64,000 nt of DNA from Lama guanicoe (lineage: Eukaryota). The stretch is taken from the NCBI GenBank assembly GCA_013239625.1, contig MU054117.1:436001-500000 (forward strand), read 5' to 3'. Position 1 is the stretch's first letter. The number at the start of each line of letters is the position of its first letter. A model generated the notes under the pieces. The model was not told the origin of the DNA. It worked only from the letters and a program-made list of their open reading frames with translations, and did not search any database. Made by a program: the position numbers and the translations under genes. Positions 26,548-38,320 of the stretch are shown piece after piece.

Positions 26548-29061
26548 CCCCGCCCGCCCGCCCGCGGGCCCAGCCCGGGCGGGGGAGGGGCGCCCGAGGC
26601 CCGATGGGAGGGGCTGTGGGGCGAGCACCGCCCCCGCCCCGCCGGCCCCGCCTCCACGTGGCCGGTGGGCGCGCCCCTAAAGGCCGGCGGGCGGCGCTTC
26701 GCTGGGCTGCGCGCACGTGGGACGCGGGGCGGGGGCGGCGGCCGCGCGACCCCCGGACCCTGGCGGAGCCCGCGACTCCCGCCCGCGGGCACACGTGAGA
26801 CGCCCGGCGGCGGCTTCACCCCCGCGCTGCGGCCCGTCCCGCCAGCCCTCCCCGGACCCGGAGACCCGCGCGGGGACCTCGGGGCGCGGGAAGCCGGCCG
26901 ACGAGCTGCTCCGCTGCCGCACTCGCTGGGACGTCTGGGAGCGCTGCCCACTTGATTCCCGTCGTTTCAGTAACCTGTGTTTACAAGGCAGCCTTAAAAA
27001 CCCCAAGTCCTTGGGGAAAATGTACGTTTAAGTGTATCCTTTATGAAGCAAAACACTCCGTCCAACACGGCTCCCTCCTACCTTCTCCCCCCGCCGCGGC
27101 ACAGAAGCAGCTCAGAACTTACGCGGTTCTACTCTTTTGTTACCTGAAACTTGATGGTTTAAAATTCATCCTCAAATTCTACCGTGTTTAATCCTTGGCA
27201 AAAATGAGCACGTATCTAGACGACCCCAAAGAGCAGAGGCTGCGTTTTTGTGTTCAGAACGCAGCTCCTACTAAGCGACGTGAGAAACCCTGCCGACACG
27301 AGTTAACCACGTGACCCGATCTCGCCGTTCTGGGGACATTCTTCCCGGTCCGGTCTGCCTGCCTTCCCCTCTCCGGTGTCAGGGATCTCGCTTCCCCTCC
27401 CGCTGGCTTCTCATCAGTTACAGCCGGGGTCTGCCGTCCCCACCTTTTCCTGTTGGCTGGTCTCTGCGTTCCCTTCCCCTCTGCCGTCCTTACCTTCTTA
27501 CCTGTCTTCCCAGTGGTCCTGACCACCCGGCCTGCTACCTGCAGCCCCGAGAGCCGGGGAAGCAGAAAGGTGACGCGATCTGGTCACTCTGGCGTGTCTG
27601 AGTGAGGGCTTCCCTGTTGTCCTCTTTCCTCCCACGCCACTGCCCAGTCCAGTAAACCAGCCCAGCTGTCCTGGAGCTGGGGTCCTACCTCTCCCTCCGC
27701 ACCCTTCCCTCTGCCTGGCTTGCCCTGGGCTGAGGTCACTTCTCAGTGTCCCTGGACTGACGCTCTTTTTCTTAGACCTACCTCTTTCCGTCCTTCCCTA
27801 ACTCTGTCCTGGCCAGCTCTTGCCCAGCCTGAGCCGGTCCTGTCCCACAAGCTCAAGGTCTTCTGTGTCTCTTCTGGCTGAACTGTGGCCTCTGGGTTCC
27901 CTGCATTTGGGCTCCAGCTGGGGCCTCCCATTTGCACCCACCCCTGTCTCTGCCTATGTTGGATTTGATACCCTGAATGTTGAACATTTGTCCCACCGTT
28001 TCCCTGGGACCTAACAGCCTCAACTCTATTTTCCGGACTAGCTTGGGCCTAGCCTTCTGGGATCTGGATTACTGACCGCTGTATGGCCAAACCAGACACC
28101 CGTCTCCTTCCTTCTGCCCGGGATTCCTGGGACCCGTGTCTCCCTCCAGCCTTTTGCAGCCTGGCCCATTCGCTCACCCTCTGATCATCAGGTGTATCGT
28201 GTTCCTAAAACACACACTGCTCATACTTTCTTTCTCTGTCTCTCTTGCCTCTTTTCTGCTTATGAGCCAGTGCCATTAAACTCGCATGAACTTGAGGGTG
28301 CCGAAAGTAATTCTCTTCCATATTCCCCAAAACCTTCAGTTCCAGATCATCTTCTAATTAAGCCTTTTCCATTAAAAACACACACAAACACAGTAAGTAG
28401 CTTGGCTAATCTGTTTTGCTTATTAATCAATGTCGCAAAAAATATCTGTATTTCTCTTTGCAAAATACATAGTAATTTCAGTTACGAGGGGATGTTTATG
28501 GATTCCTGGAGGACGATCTGGGGAACTCACCAGCATTTAAAAACCCTGTTTCTCTGGGAAGTACGTTGTAAATTCTAACTGGTCAGCTAAAATCAGTTAA
28601 TTTGAATCTCAGAAGGGATGTGCCAAAAGTGTGGCTTCTTCCACAAGCACTGCTAACCAGGACCAGAATTCAGATCTCTGACTGTTCATCCAGTTTTCTC
28701 TATTGGGTTACGCTGTTTCTGTCTTCTCAAACCGCCCTTTCCATCTCTTTGCCTAACCACTCCCATGTGGGTGCTCCTTGTTTCAGTCCAGGAATCCAGC
28801 TGGAGCCGGGCTGAAGTATAATCAGGAAATTTGGCTCCTTCTCTTAGAAAAGGCTTGAGCTCTCCAGGTTGCATCTGTGAGGAAGGGCTTGAGCTAATGG
28901 TCCCTGAGCCCCATGGTTTTCACCTTTAGAGCCAGTTAACGTTCTAAGTGTTAAATTCAATCACGTCACTCACCTGCTCAAAGTTCTATGCCTCTCCCTT
29001 GAGCGTGAAAGTCCATTCAACTCTTTTTCAAGACATGCCACAATCTGGCTTCCAGCCGCCA

Positions 29062-29107
29062 CCCCCCCCCCCCCCCCCTCCCACCAGCGCCCCCCCCCCC
29101 CCCGCCC
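29062..29107. repeat. Poly-C tracts (C17 and C14)
   Basis: Seen directly at 29062-29078 and 29090-29103. Confidence 0.9.
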
Positions 29108-29639
29108 AACAACCTCATCCAACCAGCGACTCCCTCCCTCCTGCCAAACTGGTTCCCTCACCTGCGGGATCTTCTTGCTCCTCCCTGTTGATCATGCCCT
29201 TTCAATTGCCTGCAATGACTTAACCTCTCAGATTATGACTGGTTCAAAACCCACTTCCTTCCTAAAGCTTCCCTGAAACACCCTAGCTTAGGGGTATCTC
29301 TCCCGGGACTCCTGCTCAAGAAATTACAGTTTGTGTGATTCGCTCATCAACCGCTTCCTTGGGTCATCTTTCTATTATTTATTTTGAAGTGCTACTTAAA
29401 TCTTTTACTGTAATTGGGGTTGCTTTTCTTCTCAACCAGATTAGACTTTGGGGGATCCTCCCTAATACAAAGCAATTAAATTGTTAATTTGATTATATAA
29501 TGATGAGGTGAGTGACGGCATAAAACCCTGAGAAATTCAGAACTCCTTTAAATGCCTGGTGGCCGTTTGCTTACCTTCCTTCCTCCCCGTCTGCTTTCTC
29601 CCTCCTGGAACTCATTCAATCAGTCTTAAAGGTCATGCC

Positions 29640-29775
29640 TACAGTCGCATACCTCAGGGAATTGGCTCCAGGGCCCCCGCGGGTAACAAAAGTCACCAAA
29701 GACCGTTTTATAAGATGGCCGTCCCTGTACCCGCGATTCCACATTCGCGGGTTTATCCAAGTGCGGATGGATCTA
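29640..29775. mobile_element. MER2/Tigger-like DNA transposon fragment
   Basis: tacagtcg...gggaattggctccagggcccccgcgggtaacaaaa...ttataagatggc...ccacattcgcgggtttatccaagtgcggat resembles MER2 termini. Confidence 0.55.
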
Positions 29776-30204
29776 TTTGCAGCTTAGCCTTTCTCCTGAG
29801 CTCCGTGGACTTTTCCTGAAAATGCTAAGTCCATGCTTCCTGTCACCCTAAACTTAGCGTATGAAAAGGAGGGGGAAACTGCGTTTTCCTCCGCCAGTCA
29901 CGCACCTTTACTGGGTTTCCTTTAATGGAATAGCTGTGTTCCCGGACTGCCAGTTTGCCGGTGACTCTCCGGTCATCCGGCTGGTGCGCACTATCATCTC
30001 GGTTCTGCCTCGGGGAAGTGTTGTAGTCCCCTTCCTTTGATACCTCGGCCTCCCCCTCAAGCCAGGTCCTTTCCTCTCGCCATCTGAGAAGCTTCCCAAC
30101 CGGTTCTGTTTCCTCCGGTTCCTCCCCGACCAACCAACCCTATGTTGCCCGCCTGGCCCGGTTTATCCCGGTTTGAACTAGAACTCCGCGTTGGTTCTGA
30201 GAAG

Positions 30205-30440
30205 GTGAATTTCACGTTGATGTTTTCTTAAACCCTGTATATCCAAAACACTACAATTTCACCAAATATAACCAGTATAAAAATGTCAATGAGGTATTCT
30301 ACATTCCATTTTTTCGTACCAGGTGTTTGAAATCCGGTGTGTGTTTTACACCTGAACACTCACCTCCATCTGGACCAGCCACGTCTCAGTGCTGGGTCGG
30401 CCCCTGGTGGCTTGGGGACGTTGTATTAGGCAGCACAGGT
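30205..30440. mobile_element. MER33-like (Charlie1) DNA transposon
   Basis: tatatccaaaacactacaatttca...tttgaaatccggtgtgtgttttacac...ggaccagccacgtctcagtgct...gtattaggcagcacag. Confidence 0.78.
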
Positions 30441-30758
30441 CTGCAATCACCAAAACGCCCCCTGCTCACCCCGAGTGCTCTGAACCTCTGAATGGCTGGT
30501 CCGGGCCTGTCCACGCTGCAGGCAGGCCTCCCTGCCCACTCTGGCTTACTGCAGCCTCTCCCAACCTGCCTCTTCATTGTGTGCTGGACTTCCCGGAGAA
30601 AATCCTAGCTCCTCCAAAGGGAACAGCCCACCGGCCGTCCTCCTTAGAGCAGTCTGCAAATAACTGGTCATAAATGACGGTGAAATACATGTATTGTGGA
30701 TTACTAAGACATTCACAGAGAACGCTAGTTACTCTCAACATCTTTTTGATGATGTAGG

Positions 30759-30900
30759 TTTTTAAAAATTGAGATACAGTTGATGTCAGGTACACAACAT
30801 AGTGGTTCACAGTTTTTAAGGCTTATGCTCCGTTTGTAGTTATTACGAAGTATTTGCTACATTGCCTGTGTTGTACAGTATATCCTTAGAGCTCATTGCA
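30759..30900 (-). mobile_element. L1 3' end fragment
   Basis: tttttaaaaattgagatacagttga...caggtacacaacatagtggttcac...ctgtgttgtacagtatatcctt. Confidence 0.75.
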
Positions 30901-31153
30901 ACACGCCTTTTTAACCTTAAAGAAGGTAGGATGGAATGCAGTTCTAACTTCTGATGTGTCAGCATGCTGTTGCTATTACTCTGTCACCTGGTTAACCATC
31001 TAATTTTAACGATTACTCTTAAGACTGACTTTCTATTTTTCCTTCATTTCTCCTTGATACTGTTTTTTGAGATTGTTTTTCCCAGCCCTGATTTTTCCCT
31101 TTTACCGTGTCAGGTTTTTGGTTTCTGAAAATTTCCTTGTAGTATCCAGTTCA

Positions 31154-31194
31154 CGTCACACGCCACCAAGCTTGCGTCACATGCCACCAAGCTG
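31154..31194. repeat. 21-bp tandem duplication
   Basis: cgtcacacgccaccaagcttg / cgtcacatgccaccaagctg. Confidence 0.9.
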
Positions 31195-31943
31195 AGTGCT
31201 GTGTGATGAAACCACACATTTTCGGTTTAAGGCAGCAACACTGCCCTGGAGCAGAGGGCAGCCCCGCCGTAGACAGCAGAAGGTGAGTTACTGGGAGATT
31301 AGATCACACTTCCCTTCCTCGGCCCGGGCGCTTGGCTTCTGTCTCCTCGCTCTGGAGTCGCCCAGCTTCGGCCCCAGCTCTCCTACCAGCTGCCTGGAGC
31401 CTGTGGTCCCCACGTTCTGTCCCTCCACCTCCTGGGGGAAGCTTGTCGGTTTCGAATGCCCTGCAGGTTTCAGAAGTGATGCCCCAGTTGGGCGTCGTCC
31501 AAAAGTGTGGGCAGGCCACTGGTAGGAGAGGAGGCGGACAGAGGCAGTAGGAGACAGTTGATTGAGAGAGGACATGGCCGAAAGTCTACATTTTAAACAA
31601 AAGCTGTGTCTGGACGAAGAGCCACAGGCACACAGGGGTTCCCTGTGAGGAGAGAATCGAGGTCAGAAACTCTTTGGCTGACCGTGTCATGCCCTGTGTA
31701 AGTAAGTGCCCCCAGTTTCCAGTGTCCTCCAGTCAGTTCCCCTTCCTAAGACCCAGACCGCAGTGCAAATGTGCTGATGGCAACGTGGGTTCCTGTCTAC
31801 CTCAAGCATCCTGGGAGCCCATCCCCCTGACCGTGGTGCCTTCACGGCCACTGCTGGGCCACCTAGACCAGGGCTACGCCAGCAGCTCGCGCTGGTTTTT
31901 TCAGCTCTCTCTGGTTTTGACCTTACGACTGACAGTTTGTGGT

Positions 31944-32059
31944 GGGGGGGAGGGTGTAGCTCAGTGGTAGAGCACCTGCCTAGCATGCACAAGGTCCGGG
32001 GTTCAATCCCCAGTACCTCCATTAAAATAAATAAGCCTAATTACCTAACCCCCCCAAAA
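31944..32059 (+). mobile_element. Vic-1-type camelid SINE
   Basis: ggggagggtgtagctcagtggtagagcacctgcctagcatgcacaaggtccggggttcaatccccagtacctcca plus ttaaaataaataagcctaattacc tail. Confidence 0.93.
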
Positions 32060-33472
32060 GACAACTGGTTATCGCCCTAGGAAACCACCCGGAGCCGAGG
32101 CTGCATCCTCACCATTGCCACTTTCATATGACATGCGTATGGCAAATGCTAGTTAACCTAGCACTCAGCGGGTGAGAGTAAAAGGGGCTGGGGGAGCCCT
32201 TCTGCCACGGGTCCCCTCTTTGAGTCAGGACTCAGAACCTCACCAGACTTTATTGCCTGCTGAGGCTCTCATTCAATTCCCTTCTGGAAACTGCCTAAGA
32301 ATCAGCTCTCCGACTGCCTCTGGGTCCCTCAGTCCACGTTGATGCTGTTCTGTTCTGAAATTCCTTTCCAAATTCCTGGCGTGTCCATCTCCAGCCTATC
32401 TTATTGTGGTATCTCCCCTTGTTCTTGACACCAGGTCAAATAGCTTTGTAGCATCTCAATTCTCCAAGCCATTCAGAAGCTGGTGAATCTTAATGAGTTC
32501 TTCCCTTAATCTCTTTTCAAAGGGGCTACCATCCTTAATTTCTCTAACTTTCCTTTTTAAACTATTTTAGCTCCTTGTGTCATTCCTTGGGCCTCAAACC
32601 TTCCCTGCTCAGTTTAAATGTAACGTTATTTTGGTTGACAAAGTGCCCAGGGTTGTGTACATCTGGCCTTAAACTCCTTAGCTGGGCCAGAGCTGTTGCT
32701 TTAATGTGATCCATTTGACGTAGGATTATACATTTAGGTAGTAAACGGTCTCTGGCCTCAAGGAGTTGCTACTGCAATGGATAAGAGTCTCCATATGGCA
32801 TAGAATTTAAGTGTGCTAAATAGTGTTAAAGTTATCAGGGGTGTGAGAAGTCTTCTGGTCCACCTGCTCCTTTTAGGGAGGAGTTCAGGGTGGAGCACGC
32901 AGTGTGAGCTGGAGTGTTTGCAGAGGCTGCTGGAGGGCGGCGGGCCTTGAATTGGTGAGAAACACAGTTGGCTATCTTCATTCAGAGCTGAAAATCTTGA
33001 ATATAATTCTATTGACTTCAAAACCAAGTAAATTAGGACAATCTTTTAACTTAAAGAAATATTCAGTAGAGCGGAAAGTCAAGAGCCGAGCTTCGGGAGC
33101 CAGAAGGCCTTAGCCCCTGGCAGCCTCGTGAGCCTGGCTGTTGCCCTGCAGTGATTCTGATGCCAGATGAGGACAGCGGACTCCTGCTGCATCCACCCCC
33201 GGGATCGGAATGTGGAGCAAGGGAGAAATTATGTGAGCTGTAAACTGCCCCAGACAACGAAGAATGATTAATTTCATTATTTTTAACCTACTCAACTCAA
33301 AAGTGATGCACTTCCTTGAAAACCTGAACCTTCCGATTTACCTGGCACACTGCCAAGTGAGTTGTTGTCTCTTGATTTGTATTTCATGTCCACATATTTA
33401 ACATGGAGGTGGGAAGGACTGTGAGAAATATATACACTAAATTTGAGCAAATATAATTTTTTTGCAGATTGA

Positions 33473-33614
33473 GGGGAGGGTATAGCTCAGTGGTAGAGCG
33501 CATGTCTAGCATGCATGAGGTCCTGGGTTCAATCCCCAGTGCCTCCATTAAAATAAATAAATAAATGAACCTAATTCCCCCGCCCAAAACAAACAAACAA
33601 AAAACAACAAAAAA
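33473..33614 (+). mobile_element. Full-length Vic-1-type camelid SINE with a flanking direct repeat of about 46 bp
   Basis: tRNA-Ala-like head with A box 33483-33493 and B box 33526-33535, then an AT-rich spacer and an A-rich tail. Direct repeats at 33424-33469 and 33615-33662. Confidence 0.95.
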
Positions 33615-34319
33615 AGAAATATATATATACTAAATTTGAACAAATATAATTTTTGTGCAGATGGGGGAATCTCTGCCTTCCCTGATCTCTCATTCTGCAC
33701 CAAGGATCTACTTACGGCCTCATTGGTTTGGTTGTTACACGTCACGTAAGGCTACACGGTTGGACACAGAAAAGTAAAGAGGCTGAAGGGGGTGGTGTGA
33801 CAGCAGGGAGACCCCTTCTGACAGACGCCCCTGAGCCCAGACGTTTAGTTCCTGTGGCGTCTTTCGAGGACCTCTCACCTTGAATAAGAAAGGGTGGAGA
33901 GTGTCTGTAAAAACTGTTCATTGGTATGCTCTGGGTTTCTTGATCTGAGTGTATTTTTAAAAGATGAATACGGAAATTTATTACCCTTGCTTATTACATT
34001 TGTTCTGTAAGAATAAAGAATAAACCTTTATATAGTCTAGAGTAACCTACAACAGTTACAGTGAACACTATTCATGTGATCATAATGTAAGGTCAGACTG
34101 TCACCTTGTTTAAACTCATGCTTTTACCAAAAAAAAAAAAAATCTACTTTTCATGAATAAAACTGAGATTAATACAGTTTTCTAATTTGACTGCTCAAGC
34201 ACTCATCCAATAAATATTTATAAAGCAGCTACTATGTGCTAAGCACTGTTGTAAGATTTGAGGACCTGGAAACACCTATGAGCTTCAAATCTATTATGTT
34301 TATGCCTCCTTCCTTCTTG

Positions 34320-34825
34320 CAGGTTGAAACAACATTTGTTGTCACAGCTCCAGAGTTGACTCCTCTGCCCGGGTCTCAGGGCTGAGATTGGGTATTGACT
34401 GGTGCCGTGGTCCTGTCTGAGAGCCAGAGTCCACTTCCAGAAACCACCGGTTGTTGGCAGAATTAACTGTCTTGAGGAGAACTTAGGTCTCCATCTCCTT
34501 TCTGAGTGTCACCTGGGGGTTGCTTTAGCCCTGGGGGCGCCTCTCAGAGACCCTTCCAGCTTCAGAGTCAGCAGTGAACAGTCTTCCTCGCGTGGACCCC
34601 CTCTAACATCAGGAAGGGCTCAGTTCTTTTAAAGAGCTCATCTGATTAGGTCAGATCGGCTCCCTTTTGACTAAATCAAAGTCGATTGGTTGGTAACACA
34701 GTCATGGAAATAATACACCGTCATATTCCCAGGTCTGCTTAAACTCAAGTTGGCATTCATACTAGGCGTGTACACCATGGGGTTGGAATCTTGGGGACCA
34801 TCTTAGAATTCTGTTTCCCACCGCA
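34320..34825 (-). mobile_element. MLT1D/E-like MaLR solo LTR
   Basis: ggttgttggcagaatt...ttttaaagagctcatctgattaggtcag...ggcgtgtacaccatggggttggaatcttggggaccatcttagaattctg. Confidence 0.8.
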
Positions 34826-35580
34826 TTGGTTTTTAAGTGAACCAGGCCTCCCCTATCACCTCCTGCCTCGCTCAGCCACCTGAAATGGAGCCTGTGAGGT
34901 TGTTGCCTTTGTGTGGCTGAACATCTAAAAGGAGCAGGACCCTGGGGTGGGGGGGATGAGGCCTGCTGATGAACATCCCTTGAGGGTATTGGCGAACCCT
35001 GTGCTAACTGCAATTATTATCGTGTAGATTTGCAGGTTGGTTACACCGTTAGGTTTAATTATGCCACAGAATGAGACATTCCTGGTAAAACACAGCCAGG
35101 GCAGAAAGTGGCTTTAGTTCGGTCCTGCACCACCAAACACCAGCTAACACAATGGCCGCAAAAAATACCCTAACCTACAGCTCGTCCCTGCCGGACTAAC
35201 GGGAGGAGTGAGCGAGCTTCCCAGTCAACGCGGAAAAGATAAGCCTGACCTGACCCTCGGCTCAGGCCTGGACCTCTGAAAACACCTCCGGCTGTTCTGC
35301 GTCCCCCCTTAGTCTCCGGGCCTTCAGAGCATGTGCCATGTGCCCGTTGGAAACCCAGCTTCCAACCAAGCTTTCTAGCTGAAGGCTGGGTGAACCGTGA
35401 GAACAAAATGGAATCACCGGTCCGCAGGCAGGGGCACAGGCGTCTGGGCCTCAAACCAGGTTACTTCTCATCGGGTCTGACTGAGGCCAAAACGGACAGG
35501 ACACACGATCCGAGGCCAGTGGTGACGGTCAGGGTGCAGGGAGAGCAAAAGATCGTACAAAAGTGAGAAGCACCATTGCC

Positions 35581-35658
35581 TTTCATTTTGTTTCATTTTT
35601 AATGGAGACTTTTGGGACTGAACCCATGACCCTGTGTGAGCTAAGTCTGCCTCTGAGC
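35581..35658 (-). mobile_element. Degenerate Vic-1-type SINE
   Basis: The reverse strand reads gctcagaggcagacttagctcacacagggtcatgggttcagtcccaaaagtctccattaaaaatgaaac. Confidence 0.7.
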
Positions 35659-38198
35659 ATTGTTACTCTTGGGACTGGAGCCTGGTGGCAGGCAGGTGAC
35701 CAGCGTGTCCTGCCTCTCTCCTGAACAAGGAGGGCCGGGTCTCGGTGTCTCCATGTCCCCCATCCATTTCTTCATGTGCACGAGCTCCTCACCTCCAGCA
35801 GGTGGGACGGAACCTCAGGCCCTGACGTCCGGGCGACGGCAGAGGTGGGCGTAGGCGGGCAGGCCTGCAGGTTGCAGGCAACCAAGGGGCAGTTGCCCTG
35901 GGTGCTCCCGTAGGAGCCGTGAGAATGAGACCCAGGGACACGTCCTAGGTGGCTTTCAACCCACTGGACCGTTTGGGGTGAAAGGCTGGTTCCACCTGCT
36001 GGCAGCCCCGAGGACGCCAGTGGGGTTGAGCGTCCCTGCTCTCAGGTCCTTCAGCACCAGCGTCTGAAGGGAGGGCTCTGCCTGGATTGTCCGTGAGAGT
36101 CAGATGGGCTGGGGTAGGCTCGCGCATGTTAGGGACACTTAGGAAAGAAAGAAATGTGAGGGGGGAACGGTGCACCTTAAACCATCCACGTCAAGGTGTC
36201 AGTGAGGTAATGACTGGGCTTACGACACGGTCAGGATGTGGAGCGTGAAAGGACGGAGGCACTCGGGGTCCACCCCACCCCGGGCGGTCACAGTCTTTCC
36301 TCGTCACTGTCTGTTCAGGGGATGGGGAGTCACTCCATCATCCGCCAGGCAGCCCTGGCTTTTATCAATTGAAGTTATCCAAAGAAGTGAAAGCTGCCTC
36401 TCCATAACTTCCATTCAGTGATTCTTAATCGACGAGCGAGACAAGGATGTGTTACCGTCTCTTCTACCCGATAGTCCTGGGAGCGTCCGGGCGCTGCTGT
36501 GCTGGGGTTTCTCTCTTCTTCAAGCGAGCACGCCCGCTCCTGTGGCCAGTGTTTATTCGCTCCTGTGTTTAAGCAGGACCCAGATGTAGGTCGTTCGGTA
36601 TCGTCTTCCCAACACGGGGAGCAGCGCCGGGTGTGGTGAGTAAAACCAAACCAAACAAAATCAGGCACAAGCTGAAGGCCTTTGCGGCTCCAGGCACGGG
36701 ATTCAGCTCTAAAGTGAGGTTTGCAAAGTGAGTAACCCCTGGTCCGAGCCCTTTGGCGAAGACAGTCTGGAGAGGAAAGCGGACAAGTAGACGGGAGTCC
36801 TGACCTGCGGTGAGGCACAGTGTGCCGTGGGGCAAAGAACGTCCAGGCTGAAGTCGGACGCTGCGGGTTCCTCCTGGACCGGGAGATGCTTTGTGGACGG
36901 GAAGGCGGCGACTGGACGCAGAGGCCGCGGCATCGAGTCACTGAGAGGTTGGGATGGGCTGGAGCCACAGTGAGGCCATGCAGGAAGGACGCAGAGCCTG
37001 ACGTGGAGGCTGTTCTGAGGAGTCACCCAGACTGCTTCACAGACGCGGAGTCGGTCGCTGGGTCTTGGTCACTCGGCCACAAGCAGGGGCAAGGGTGGAG
37101 CTCGGGGAAGGCAGATGGTGCTGCGAGGTGGGAGCCAGTGCCTGGACTCCAGCCAGGTTTCCTCCACGTGAGCTGCCTGAAATGAGGAAAGTCACTTTCA
37201 AGAGAAAGTTGTTGCAAGCAGTGTCCACGCGGTGACCTTGAGGCCCTGGGGCACTGGGAGGACACCCAGCAGGCAGCAGGGAGATCTGGAGGGAACCCTC
37301 ACCATGTGTGCAAGACTGGGGTGGCTCCCAGGGTAGGGGTGCACGGGAGGGGGGGAGAGGGCCGGGGCAGAGCTGAGGTCCTTCCCCTCTCCTGGCTCAC
37401 TGATGCGGACATCGGGCTTCTGAAAGCCCTGTTGAAGCTCCTTGCTGGGGTTCTGGGGATGGTGCATAGAAACAAGCGAACACAGAAGCAGTTCTGCGAG
37501 CGCACAGGCCAGTAGGGCTGCCTTTGTGATCCGAGGAGCGTGTTTGTGTCGGGGCAGCCGGGGCGGCCGGGGCAGCATTAGCTTTGGGTTGGTTCACATT
37601 GACCTAAGGGACCTATTCCTGACAGGCGGTAAGCTTTTAAGTAGCCCTAACTATTAAGGAAATACAGTAAAAGATGTCACGAGTCTCCTTCGGGTTGTAC
37701 GTGACTGACCCCCAGCCTTCCTTCTGCTTTTGTGCACTGCCCACACGTTCTGTGATGGTTACGTGATTCCTTTATAAGGAGAAGGACAGTAACGTTAAAT
37801 TTTAATAGAAAAAGAACTACATCCTAACTGTGGAGAATGAGAAATACACTACGCAAAACTTAAAATAAACCTGCCTGTGACCCCACCAGGAGTGTTACCT
37901 GCTGTCACCATGTTGGCACGGTCCCTTCCGGACTTTCCACATGAATATTTTAATAAGAATGAGATCACATATTCTGTGTATAATTTTATATCCTTTTCCC
38001 CTTCATGTTATAACGAAAGCATTCCATGGGTGGTTTGTAAGTTTTTCCTGTTTTTGTATTTCTGAAGTCTTCTATACCGAGCACATGTTATTTTTAAAGT
38101 AGTGTTCGCTGCTTCTGGTAATGGTAATACGTACAATATAATGAATAATGATGTAACAGTATATACGCTCGTGTGTAAAACTTGAGAAATACACACAA

Positions 38199-38320
38199 GG
38201 GGGAGGGTATAGCTCAGTGGTAGATCACACGCTTAGCATGGGCGAGGTCGTGGGTGCAATCCCCAGTCCCTCCGTGATGTAAACAAACAAACAAACAAAC
38301 CCAATTACATACCCCCCGAA
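38199..38320 (+). mobile_element. Vic-1-type camelid SINE
   Basis: ggggagggtatagctcagtggtagatcacacgcttagcatgggcgaggtcgtgggtgcaatccccag, then (aaac)n and aattacataccccc. Confidence 0.9.

Larger units (their letters stand above)
25860..26960. promoter_or_regulatory. CpG-island promoter of CECR2
   Basis: Extremely GC- and CpG-dense around exon 1. GC boxes at 26632-26640 (CCCCGCCCC) and about 26725-26733 (GGGGCGGGG). CACGTG E-boxes at 26655, 26714 and 26792. No TATA box seen. Confidence 0.92.

Noticed and set aside
25889..27031. Long ORFs (226-342 aa) on both strands over the promoter
   Set aside because: Stop-poor GC-rich sequence read through an N gap. Only the 42-codon CECR2 segment is recognisable.
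28267..28392. Plus-strand exon-like segment (long pyrimidine tract, CA|GTAAGT donor, 126 nt open)
   Set aside because: It resembles a decayed L2 3' remnant and has no linked exons or recognisable peptide.
33473..33547. tRNA-Ala-like sequences (also at 22257, 31944, 38199, 39997 and 54542)
   Set aside because: They have AT-rich SINE tails, TSDs in some copies, and broken stems. These are SINEs, not tRNA genes.
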